Source: Cyanophora paradoxa CCMP329
Taxonomy: Eukaryota; Plantae; Glaucophyta
Assembly (NCBI GenBank): GCA_004431415.1
Contig: QPMI01000416.1
Span: 744,001 to 808,000, forward strand
Direction of reading: 5' to 3'
Length of the DNA: 64,000 nt
The position numbers were made by a program, and so were the translations under genes. Below, one piece after another: positions 26,096 to 37,099 of this stretch (position 1 is its first letter; each line of letters opens with the position of its first letter). The notes under the pieces were generated by a model, which was given only the letters and a program-made list of their open reading frames with translations, was not told where the DNA came from and did not search any database.

Positions 26096-26370
26096 GCTAG
26101 CGCTACCGGTAACGCTGGTTTAAAATTCGGGCCGTTTCGCTCTTTGCAAAAATTGCGACTCGGCGAGTCGACGTCGACCCGGCTCGACCGGGCGCGGTGA
26201 CACCGGTGACCGGGAACTTCGCTCTTCTGCGTTTCGCTCTTCAGCAGGCCCCTGCGGAGTCCGGAGTCCGGACCACCCGTCCAGGCTCCGGTGAACTCGG
26301 AACGCGTGCGACGAACGGCACCAGTCCAGCAACGCCGGCGGCACCGCAAATCGATCCCGAAGTTCGCCCA

Positions 26371-26508
26371 TCACTTCTTGGGCTTCTTTGGCTTGCCGGG
26401 CTTGCCCGCCGCGCTCTTCTTGGAGCCCTGCGCGCGGCGCCTGCCTCGTTGGCTGCAAGTGCACGTACGCGTGGCGCCCCCGCCGGGCGCGCGCGCGATA
26501 TCGATCAT

Positions 26509-26546
<38 letters not shown>

Positions 26547-28680
26547 TGGCCGGGCGATCGCGGGGGGCGCGCCTTCGGCTTGGACTTGGGCTTCCCTTGC
26601 CGCTGGCGCGGGCGCCCTTGAGCATCGTACCCTCCCCCCAGTGCTCTTCTTCCGCTTCTTCGCCACCTTCCCGTCCTCGCCCTCCTCCTCCCCCTTCCGC
26701 TTCTTCCTCCCCTTCTTGTTCTTGCCCTTGCCCCTGCGCCGCCCCTCGCTGAGCGTCGCCCCGCCCTCCGCCCCCCGCGTGCCCGCCGGCGGGCGGCGCG
26801 GCGAGCACCCCTCCTCCTCCTCCTCGTTCACGTTGGCCTCGTCGTCGTACTCGAACGCGTCGTCCTCCAGCGTCCCTGCGCCGCGCCGCGCCCGCCCGCC
26901 CGCCCGCTCGCTCGCTCGCCCGCGCCCGAGCCGCCGCTGCCCGCGCCCGCCTCACAGCGCGCGAGCGCGCACCCTCGGTGACGGCCTCGTGGTCGTAGAT
27001 GTTGCGCTCCTCGTGCAGCTGGAGGTACGCGTCCGCGAGCGACTCGACCTGCGCAAGCGCGTCGCCTGGAGCCGCCGCGGGCGGGGGCGCGGGGGCGGGG
27101 CGGCGCCACCTTCGCCTCGGTCCCCGTGACGTTCACGAGGGCGACGGTCCGGCACGGCACCAGCTCGCACGAGTAGAGGTACCCTGCGCGCGGCTCGGGG
27201 TCCGCTTGGACGCGGCGGGGGCGCCGCACGCGCCCTTCAGGTCCAGCAGGACGCGGTCGCCCTCGACCTTGACGCGGCCCACGACCCCCGAGTCGCCCGA
27301 CGTGTCCAGCTTGTCGCCCTCGCACTGCGCCGGCACCGGCGCCTCAGCGGCGCGCGCGGCCGCCGCCGTGCCGGGCCCCGCGCGCCTGCACGAGCAGCGT
27401 GTTGCGGTCGACCTTTGCTGGCATGACCAGCGGCAGACTCGCCGGCGGCGGCTGCGCTCCCCCAGCGGGTATCAGAGCGGGCAGCCCGGGAGAGGAGCCC
27501 GGGGGCAGACCCCCTTCGGGACCTTCGGCCCGCCCTTCTTCTTCCCCGCCGCCGCCGCCGCCGCCTCGACGCCCGCGCCCGCCGCGCCGGAGGGCCCCGC
27601 CTCTGCCGGCTCGGTCGCGTCGGGGCCCTCGGGCTTGGCCCTGGCCTTCGGCGACTTGGCGGGCGACTTGGCGGGCGTCTTGGGCTTCGCCGGGCTCTTC
27701 TCTGCCTTCGCCCCTTTCGCTTTGGGCGTCCCGCTCCCCTTTGTCTTCTTCGCCGGCGCCTCCTCCTCGTCGTCGCCCCCATTCTCCTCGGACCCACTCT
27801 CGCTCGCGCTCGATTCCCCGTCGCTTCCACCGTACTCGCTCCCCTCGCTCTCTGTCACTCACCGCGAGCTCGTCAGCTGCAGGCGCCGAGAGACATTATG
27901 CGCTCGCACCATCCTTTGCTTTGCCCTTCGCGCCGGGCTTCGCGCTTGCCTTCCGTGCCGCGGGCGCCGCGCGCTTCTTCTTCGGCTTGGCGTCCTCGTC
28001 CTCCTCGTAGTCCGAGCCGCCATCCTCCTCGCCGCTGCCGCCGCCAGACGAGCTCTCCGCTTGGTCGGCGTCGCTCGCTTCGCCGCTCTCGGACCCTGGC
28101 CCCGCCCGGCGCGTCGGCCGGCTGCGGAGCGAGCTGCGCTCGGGCCACGCGCACCCTCGTCGCCGCTGTCGAAGACGGTGTCTAGGTCCACGTCGGTGTC
28201 GAGCTTCTTCGCCCTTCCGCGCTTCGCCGCTGGCTTCTTCGGCCTCTCCTCCTCGCCCGAACCCTCCTCGTCCTCGTCCGCCTTCCCGCTTTTTCGGTTC
28301 TTGGGCGCCGGCTTCTTCTTGCGAGGCGCCGGCTCGTCATCGGAGTCCTCATCACCGTCCTCATCGTGGCTGCGAATCCGTCGTACGTTGGCGACGGCAG
28401 CCCCGGGCGTGGGGGGAGGCGGGCGAATTTGATCCTACGGGGCCATGCTATTCTTCCAGCGCAGCGGGTCGAGCTCGCACCTCTGCTTGGACTTTGGCGT
28501 CGCTTTGCTCTTTGCCTTGGGCTCTGTGGGCGAGGTGCGCGTTCGCTTCGCAGGTTTGGCTGCTGCCTTCTTCCCGCGCTCGTCGCCCGAGGCGCTGCCC
28601 TCGCTGGCGGAACTCTCGCTGGCGTCCTCCTCGCTCCCATCGCTCTCCGCGTACGAGACGCGGCTCTTGCGCTCCCGCAT
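26371..28680 (-). CDS. BIN4: BIN4-like DNA-binding protein (topoisomerase VI accessory subunit)
   Basis: Acidic/Lys-rich N-half, then LPLVMPAKVDRNTLLVQCEGDKLDTSGDSGVVGRVKVEGDRVLLDLKGYLYSCELVPCRTVALVNVTGTEAKVESLADAYLQL...NIYDHEAVTEGTLE, which parallels the conserved plant BIN4 C-terminal domain. Confidence 0.85.
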
Positions 28681-28840
28681 CACTGATCAGCGTGGCGCGC
28701 TCCGCTGGTCGATGGCGAGGCTCAAGGAATCCCGCGGCGTGAATCGAGGCCTGTTTGACCGCTGGGATCGCTGCAATTTATGAAACCCAGCGACCGCTGA
28801 CCCGCCCTGACCGCGAACGAGGGGTACACGGTTCGTTATC

Positions 28841-31345
28841 ATGGCGGCGTTCATCGTTGGCGTTCCTGTTGCGGGGCGCAGCCCCGTGAGCAACCAGACG
28901 GTGTCGTTGAAGGCTGTCACAGCCGGGTCGTTCGTGGCCAAGGCTGGCAACTCGGCCGTGCCGTCGTTCACTGGTGCGGCGGCCTGCGCTAACCAGCCCA
29001 GAAGCCATGCAGAGGCCTCTAGAAACTTTGGCTCCTCGCCGGGGCTTGCGCGCGGATTCTTCAATGATTCCCATCGCAGGCCTCCGCCGCCAGACCTCGT
29101 TCGCGCCTGCGACGGAGGCTCGCCGGTCGGTCCGCCGCAGCGGTACGCCTTCTGAGCCCTTTCGCTGGCGCCCCTCGCCCTGGACCGTCGCCCTCGATTC
29201 TATCTAGCTGATTCTGCGCCGCAGCGCCGGTCGTGTTCTCGCCCGTCGCCCACCAGGAGAACAGTAATGGCGCCGCGAAGAAGCGCCAGAACCCGACGAG
29301 CGGCTCCTCGGCCAAGAAGGAGTCCAGCGCTGTGCGCTCGCGCGGCCGGGCGCGGGGCTTTGGCCCCTGAGCTCTTACCGGCGCCCCGCAGCCCGTCATT
29401 GTGACTGAGGGCGTGGAGGCGAACCTTACCGCGTCGGAGATGGCGACCCGCATCAACCGGCGGAAGACCCGCAGCGTGCGCGTCGGCAACATCTACATCG
29501 GCAGCGAGCACCCGGTGGTCGTGCAGTCGATGATCAACGAGGACACTCTCGACGTCTACGCCGCCGCCGATGCCATCCGCCGCCTCCACGAGGCCGGCTG
29601 CGAGATCGTCCGCGTTACGACCCCCAGGTCCGCCCGCTCGCTCGCCCGCAGCGCCGCTGCGCCGGCGCCGGCGGCGCGGCTGCTCACGCGGCGCGCGCGG
29701 CAGCCTGGCGCACGCCAAGGCGGTGCGACTCATCAAGGAGCGCCTGCGCGAGACGTACATGGACGTGCCCCTCGTCGCCGACGTCCACCACAACGGTCCG
29801 CGCCGCGCCCCCTCGGGGCCCGTCCCTCGGCCCGGGGCCCACGGGGCGGCACGCGCGCGCAGGCATGAACATCGCGCTGGAGGTTGCGAAGCACGTGGAC
29901 AAGGTCCGCATCAACCCCGGCCTCTACGTCTACGAGAAGCCCAGCTCGGACCGGTCCGCCCGGCCCCGCCCCGCGCCGCGCAGCGCCGCGCCTCTGCGGG
30001 CCGACGCGCGAGCAGCACGGAGTTCACGCCCGAGGAGTTCGAGAAGATCGCGGTGGAGATCCGGCAGCAGCTGGAGCCCCTCGTGACCTCGCTCCGCGAG
30101 CAGGACAAGGCCCTCCGCATCGGCGTGCGCCCGGGGCGATCCCCAGCCGGCCCGCGCGCGCCGGCCGACGCGGGGCGGGGCGGGGCCGGGCGGGGCCGGC
30201 GCAGGTGAACCACGGCTCGCTGGCGGAGCGCATGCTCTTCACGTACGGTGACACCCCCGAGGGCATGGTCGAGTCGGCCATCGAGGCGCGCCGCCCCGCG
30301 CCGCCCGTCCCGTCCCTTTCCTTCTCAATTCCCCCGCAGTTCATCAAGATCTGCGAGTCCCTCGACTTCTACAACATCATCATCTCCATGAAGGTCCTTT
30401 CCTCTCTTTCCTCTCCTTTTTTATTTCCGTTGCGAGCGGGCGGCAGGCGTCGCGCGTGCCGGTGATGCTCTCGGCGTACCGCCTGATGGCGAAGCGGATG
30501 GACGAGCTGGGCATGAACTACCCCCTGCACCTTGGCGTGACCGAGGCCGGCGACGGCGACTACGGCCGCATCAAGTCCTCCATCGGCATCGGCTCCCTGC
30601 TCGCCGACGGCCTCGGCGACACCGTGCCCGCTTGCTCTACCCTCTCTTTCGCCTTCTCGACCCGTCCGACGCCCGCCGGCGGGGCCGCAGATCCGCGTGT
30701 CGTTGACGGAGGACCCGATCAAGGAGATCCCGGTCTGCTACGCCATCCTCCAGGGCCTGGGCCTCCGGCGCACCATGGTCGAGTACATCGCCTGCCCCTC
30801 GTGCGGCCGCACCCTCTTCAACCTCGAGGACGTCCTCGCCGAGGTCCGTACCCCCCTCCCTTCTCGCCCCCCCTGCTCTGCCAGGCCGGCGCGAGCGAGC
30901 GAGCGGGCGCCGCGCAGGTCCGCAACGCGACGGCGCACCTGGTCGGCCTGAACATCGCCGTCATGGGCTGCATCGTCAACGGGCCCGGTCCGCCCCGCCC
31001 GCCCGCCCGCCCGCTCGCCGGCCGCGCCTGCGCCGGCCTCACGCGGGGCCGCAGGCGAGATGGCGGACGCGGACTACGGGTACGTGGGCAAGACGCCGGG
31101 CGTCATCTCGCTGTACCGCGGCCACGACGAGATCAAGAAGGTCCCCGAGGCGGAGGGCGTGCAGGCCCTCATCGACCTCATCAAGGCCGACGGCAAGTGG
31201 GTGCGCGCCGCCCCCGCCCTCCGCCCCGCCCCCTTCCTTCCGTCCGGGGGCCCGCTTCCCTGACGCGGCACCGGCCGGCGCGCATGGGCAGGTCGACCCG
31301 CCCGCCAAGTCCGAGGAGAAGGAGCCGGCCGCCGCCTCGGCATGA
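28841..31345 (+). CDS. ispG: Plastid-targeted 4-hydroxy-3-methylbut-2-en-1-yl diphosphate synthase (MEP pathway)
   Basis: MAAF presequence, then [70 protein letters not shown] and [23 protein letters not shown]. Confidence 0.97.
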
Positions 31346-31503
31346 GGCCCCCCGCCCCGCCCCGCGCGAGCCCCGCCCGCGCTCGCTCCCTGTACTACAG
31401 AGTATTTACACCGCCAGCACCATTTCCGCGCTCGGACGGGAGGGATTGCATGCGCGCCGGCGCGATTGGGATACATTGGATGTAAAGAAGCGCATCCTGC
31501 AGC

Positions 31504-31718
31504 TGGCCTTATGAAAGTATCTACGGTTCTTAAAATAGGACTCGCAAGCTACAGCGCGAGAAAAAATAAGCACACAGGGGGCGCAGCAGGGCGGTGGCGG
31601 GGGCCGGCTGCTCATGCGGCGGCGTCGGGCTAGACGAGCGGACAGGTGGCCTTATGAAAGTATCTACGGTTCTTAAAATAAGACTCGCAAGCTACAGCGG
31701 GCGAAAAATGAAGCACAC
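31504..31718. repeat. Direct duplication of a ~70-bp AT-rich unit (31504-31575, 31647-31718) between convergent genes
   Basis: tggccttatgaaagtatctacggttcttaaaata(g/a)gactcgcaagctacagcg occurs twice, 143 bp apart, with one mismatch in the core. Confidence 0.9.
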
Positions 31719-31763
31719 GGGAGGAGATGGGGCGGGGGGGACGGGGGGGCGAGGGCCGGCCGC

Positions 31764-33640
31764 TCAGGCGGCGGCGCCGGGCCAGACGAGGGAATCGTGC
31801 TCGGCGAGGGAGAAGGTGGGGACGTGGGAGAAGACCTGCGTCAGCTCGCCGCGCAGCTCCGGGTCCGAGAGCGGCAGCTGCCGGCCGCGTCGGAGGGCGC
31901 CGCGCGCGGGGCCGGCTGCGCGGGGCGGGGCGCACCGACTGGGCGGCGCTGGCGGAGTCGCGGGGCCAGGAGAGGGTGACCTCCTGGAGGGCCCGGCACG
32001 ACGAGGCGATCATCTCGAGGGCCGACACCAGCGAGCGCCCCTGCGCCGCGCCGTCAGCGGCGCCGCGCGGCTCGGCCACTGGGGCTCCGCGGCGGGGCCG
32101 GGCGCGCCTCCTCCAGGGACGTCGTGGCACTGAGGAACGAGAAGGAGAGGCGCTCGGCCCGCCGCATGTGCGTCCCGATCTGCGGCCGCGCGTCGGCGCG
32201 GGGCGGCGGAAGGCGGGGTTGGATGGGGGCGGGACCTGGCCGATGAGGCGGGCGGCGGAGGACTCGCTGAGCTGGATGGCGTTGATGCAGGTGAGGCGGG
32301 GGAAGCAGGCCTCCACGAATCGGCCCCAGGCCGGGTGGTCCACTAGCTCGCCGTCCAGGCTTCCCCCGCCGCGTCAGCTGCCGGCCGGCGCGCGCGGCGG
32401 GCCACGGCGCACTCGATACTGGTCGCCCCCCGCGTGATGATGCCGATCAGCCCGTCGGCGGTCATCCCGAACGTGTCCAGAGGCAGACCCGTGAGAATGA
32501 GCCCGCTGGGCCCGCAGCGCGTGAGACCGGCCGCGCAGGCGGCGGGGAAGGAAGCGAAAAGGAAAGCACCGGACGATCAGGTTCGTCGCCTCCGCGACAC
32601 CGTTGATGGTCTCCGGCGCGACCGGCTGCGGGTCTGACCGCGCGGCGAGCAGTTCAGCGCACAAAAACTACGCGCACGCGAGCGATAGCGACACCTGTGT
32701 CGTTCGTGTCGATGAATTTAAAGAAGTAGATGGAGGCCTCGTAAACGAACTTGAGGCGCGGCCGCTTAGTGAGCCTGAGGCCCTAGTCAGCAAGAAATGC
32801 ACTCCCGAGCGTCGAGACCGCCCGAACCTCGGCAGCAATGCGTAGCGGTCGGTGAAACCCAGGTACTTCTCCTCCCCCTGCACCATCTATCAGATGCGGC
32901 TGGACGCGGTTCTGGGATGCGCTGGGGCAAGCGCGCACCCCGGTCTTTAGCTTCGTGATGAAGCTTCCGTCCTGGAGAAAGAGAGGATTCGCGTCGAAAG
33001 CGGCATCGAGTGCGTCGTACAGATGCACGACGACATCGGTGTGAACCTTGCGGGGCGCGTCACGCTACAGAGTTGCACGCATCTGAGAGGGCGCACTGTA
33101 ACAGTCTTGAGTTCGTTGCAGTGCTTAGCAACAGTTACGAGCATCTTCTCGTCGCAGTCGTCGCGGAAGCAGAGAGAGGTGAGTCGGGGGCAGAGCTCAA
33201 CCACGCGCTCAAGCGATTTCCTTTTGGGACGACCCTGCATTTCGCATAAGAAAGCAATGACAGCCCAGATGGGGCAACCGACGGACCGAGATCGTTAAGC
33301 GAGTGCAGTGGAACCTGTCCCGCAAGAGGGGCGAGAGTTCTCGCCAGCGCGCCGCGAGGGTCCCATCAGGAAAGTCTAGCTGGAGGTCTATGCCGCCCGC
33401 CGAGTCGCTGTACGCGAGTCCGCGCCACCGCTGGGGGTGCACGTCATCGGGCGGACACACGGTGCGGATCGCGGGGCCGTCTCACCGTGCAGACTGCGGC
33501 TGCCCTCGCCTTGTCGGGTGTCGAGAGGAACGAGAAGACTGAGCAGAGGACTGCGTCAGGGAGCCTCTCCAGCAGCTCCGCCGCCGTGGGCGTCGAGCCA
33601 TGAGTGGGTTGCCAGGGGGCGTGATGTGTGCAGACAACGG
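31764..33640 (-). CDS. F-box/LRR-like protein (multi-exon; start uncertain)
   Basis: LLERLPDAVLCSVFSFLSTPDKARAAAVCT, VVELCPRLTSLCF...VAKHCNELKTV and IASSCRALQEVTL. Ends VWPGAAA* at 31764. Confidence 0.75.
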
Positions 33641-33859
33641 GGGTGTTCCTGCGGGGAGGATGTCTCACATCAGAGCCAAACGACAGGATCAGGCGGAGCC
33701 AATCGATCGAAGGCACCTCGGGCGCTTCGGAACGTGTTCGTTTACAAGGGGGCTGAACGCGTGCTTCTGCGGCATCGCACGCCGTCCTTCTGCGCTCGCC
33801 GCGCCGTACCCAAGTGTACCCCCTGGTCTGTTTTTTTCAAGACGGCTGCAGCTTGCAAC

Positions 33860-34520
33860 GTGAATGTTAACGCAGATATCGATCTAGAGACGGCCGAGAA
33901 GGATCGCGCACCGTGCATGCAATTGCACAGCGCTAGTAGCAGTTCATGCGCGCATGCAGCGGCCGCGGCGCCGGGCGCCCGGGCCCGGCTCTCGCGCGCG
34001 CGCCGCCCGCCGGCCGCGGCCGGCGCCGCCGGGCCGGCCGCGGGCCGGCCGCGGCCAATTGCAACCGCGCCGCGGCGCGCGCGCGCGCCCCCGGCCGGCC
34101 GCGCACGCGCACGGCGGCCGCGCCGATCGCGAGCTCAAGCCGTACGCGTGCCGCAGTGCATCTATAGCTATCGCTAAAATGAAGAATTAATCGTCTGTCT
34201 GATCATGAACTTCGGAAGCATGTCACTGAGTCGCGGCGTGGCATGCGCATCATGGCATGCCGCAGTGCGCATGCTACGTGTCTATAGCGCTAGCTGGATC
34301 TACGTATACTGTATACGTATACGTTTCAGTTGCACACTCAGTGATAATACGCAACTAGCTGTATAGCACTAAAACTCAACCGACAATCAGAGACATGATA
34401 GAACTGCATGCTGATCATGAAATTAGCGCGACTGCGCATGCGCAGCTCAGATGATCACTAGTACTATAGCCACCGAACACGATATCCGATCGCGAGATAT
34501 ATGTAGTGGCTGTCACTGAC
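33860..34520. repeat. Palindrome-saturated intergenic block 4
   Basis: gatatcgatctaga (33875), tgcatgcaattgca, catgcgcgcatg, long gcggccgcggcgccgggcgcccgggcccgg chains, gtatacgtatacgt (34311), tgatcactagtactatag. Confidence 0.88.
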
Positions 34521-34893
34521 TCGAAGTAAAACGCAAAAGTGCACCGTGGCACGCGTCCGAGGTCCGTCAATGCCGCGTGCGCTGCGGCCGCCGCGGCCGG
34601 GCACTAATGTGATCAAACGCCGGATCCTCCCGAGTCCGGGCGAGGGTGAAATGCAAATGATTGTGGGGGAAAGCTTTAAGAAGCTGCAGCTGATGATAAG
34701 CTGCCTAGGAATGAAACTCCGAACGGCGATGGTTCAGAGACTCTACTAGTCTAGATATGTGATGTCGACACACTGTGACAGTGCAAGAATGCAAAAGAGA
34801 AAAAGAGGATGCGAAAGAGAAATTAGAAAAGTTTATTGCCTAGGCTTTGCGCGGCCGATGACGCCGTAGAAGTGAGCGGCATCTTAGTTCAGC

Positions 34894-37089
34894 TTACTGC
34901 GCATGGCGGTCTGGGGCTGAGCTGGCGTTGTGCCCGTTGTTGCCGGCGCCGTTGCCGTTGCCGTTGTGGCCGTTGCTGCCGTGAAGGCGATGCGGGGAGG
35001 GCTGAGCGAGGCACGGGCACGCGGGCCGATGGGGAAGGCCTGCAAGGACCCGGGAGAGCAGGATTGCGTTGGGGACGGGCTGCGCGCGCGCGTCGTCGCA
35101 GCGCATTTCAGCACTAGCCGAAGCGACAAAGTTGGGGCGAAATATATATATATATATATTGAGCATAATCAACGAGCAAGGGGCGGACCTTGGCGAGGGC
35201 CTCGTCGAAGCCAACGCTGACGGCGCGCGCGCGCACCGCGCACGAGCCGAGCGCCGCGCTCCACGCCACCATCCGCGTCCTGCCCCACCCCTGCGCCTCC
35301 TCCGCCGCCCGGATCTCCTCGGCGGCGGCGAGGCCGCCGAGCCTCGGCCTGCGCGTGCAGAAGACCGAGGTCGAGGTCGCCCCCCCGGCCCCCGGACCCG
35401 TTCAACGATCGCGATTTGATTTTAAGAGCGTCACACGTGCTCATGATTAGGATATAAAGATTTAAAGCTATAAAACCCCACGCGAGCGTTAATTGTAGCG
35501 CTAGCGGGAAGACGGCTGCAGGGACGCATGCGCACATGTCGAGGTCGAGAATGATGACGTCGTAGGGGCGGCCGGAGCGCGCCGCCCGACAGAACGCCTC
35601 GACCGCAGCGCGACCGTCGGGCACGGCGTCGGTCAGCGAGTTCTCTCCGAGTGCCGCACGGGAGAAGAGGCGCGATCCGATCAGCCGGTTCACGGGCTGG
35701 CCACAGAAAACAAATCTCAAACAAACGGCGCGCGCCCCGCGGCGAGGGGGGCCGTTACCTCGTCGTCTGCCAGCAGTACGGCGAATCCACAAATGCAGGG
35801 CGGGTGCATCGCCTGCGGTCGCGCCGGCACCGCCGGGGCGGACGTGCGCCGGCCGGCCATCGACAGCGACGGCGACGGCGACGAGCGCGGTCCCGCCGGC
35901 TCCCCGAGCTTGAGAGGCTGCAGGGCGGCGTCGGTGTCCGCGGCGGCAAGAGACGCCTGCAGGGCCGCGGTGAGAGAGCTCGCGCGGTCCCGCCCGGGAG
36001 ACGTCGAGGAAATCGATCCGAGGGCTTGGAGCGACGTCGACGTTGGCGAGGGCTCCGGGTCGGGCGACGGGACGGGCGAGGGGTGCGAGGCGGGCGGGGC
36101 CGGACGGAGGGGCCGCGGGGACACGGGAGGCCCGGCGGCTGCGGCAGCGAGCTCGAGTGCGAGGGGCGGGGTTTGGGAGGAGGGGGCCGCCGGGCTGGGG
36201 CAGCCGGCGGCGGGCGAGTCGGGCGGAGCAACTGCGATGGAGAGCGCAGGCGCAGGCGGGGCCGTGGCTCCTAACGAGTCGGAGGCGGGGTGGGCGCGGG
36301 CGAGGGCGCTGCGGAGGAGGGGGCCGGCGCCTGCGCCGGGGGCAGAGGCGGCGTAGGCGGGGGAGGAGGCGGCGGAGCGGGGGACGGTGGGGGGCGAGGG
36401 GGCGGCGATGGAGTCGGAGGAGCGGACGCGGGCGAGGCCGGAGAGGAAGAGGGCGCCAAGGGAGGAGACGACCTGGCGGCGGCTCGAGGGCGAGCTCGCC
36501 TCGTCGCCGTCCCCGAAGAACGAGGGGGCCCCCACCGCCTCGCTCGGCGACATCGGCAGCGGCAGCGGCGGCAGCGCCGACGGCCGCGGCCGCAGCCGCG
36601 GCTCGCTCCCCGTCCGCCGGCGGACGCGCTGGCGGGCCCGCGGGCAGCCGGCGCCGGCGCCGGCCTCGAACTCGAGGAGCTCCTGCGTCGCTGTGGCCAG
36701 GCGCCTGGCCGCCGGCGCCAGCTCGTCTGCGCCCCGGTTGGCGGCACGCGGCGGCGCCCATCGGAGGCGGCGGACCGTCCGAGTAAGACGTGGGAATGGG
36801 GCGGGCGGACGAGTCGCTGCTGCTGTCGCACGCCACTGCGGCCGCCTCCAGCGCGCCCAGCTCTGGTGCAGCAACCTCGCCGCGTCAGATGCCAAACGCA
36901 ACGAGACAAAGAACGCATATTCAGAAAATTGCAGAATTGCGGAATTCATCGAATCGAGCGAGAAGTTTAAAGAGTACCTAGGAGGAGCGTGCTGGACAAA
37001 CCGCCCGCCTCCCCGGGGGCGAACTCCAGGAAGCTCCACTGCAAGCCGGCGAGGGGAGGCGGCCTAGGCCTGTCCGTTTGCGCGGTCAT
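34894..37089 (-). CDS. Response regulator (C-terminal receiver domain) with long Pro/Ser/Ala-rich N-terminus
   Basis: Spliced receiver domain VLLADDE-PVNRLIGSRLF...DGRAAVEAF...YDVIILDLDM-PRLGGLAAAEEIR...MVAWSA...GFDEALAK-PV. Acidic pocket, phospho-Asp, Ser and Lys-Pro are retained. The start is tentative. Confidence 0.8.
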
Positions 37090-37099
37090 GGGCTGCACG

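Noticed and set aside
31504-31718. CRISPR-like repeat-spacer, or a duplicated coding exon ([15 protein letters not shown])
   Set aside because: There are only two long units, no cas genes, and the context is eukaryotic. The reconstructed F-box gene stops at 31764, before the repeats.
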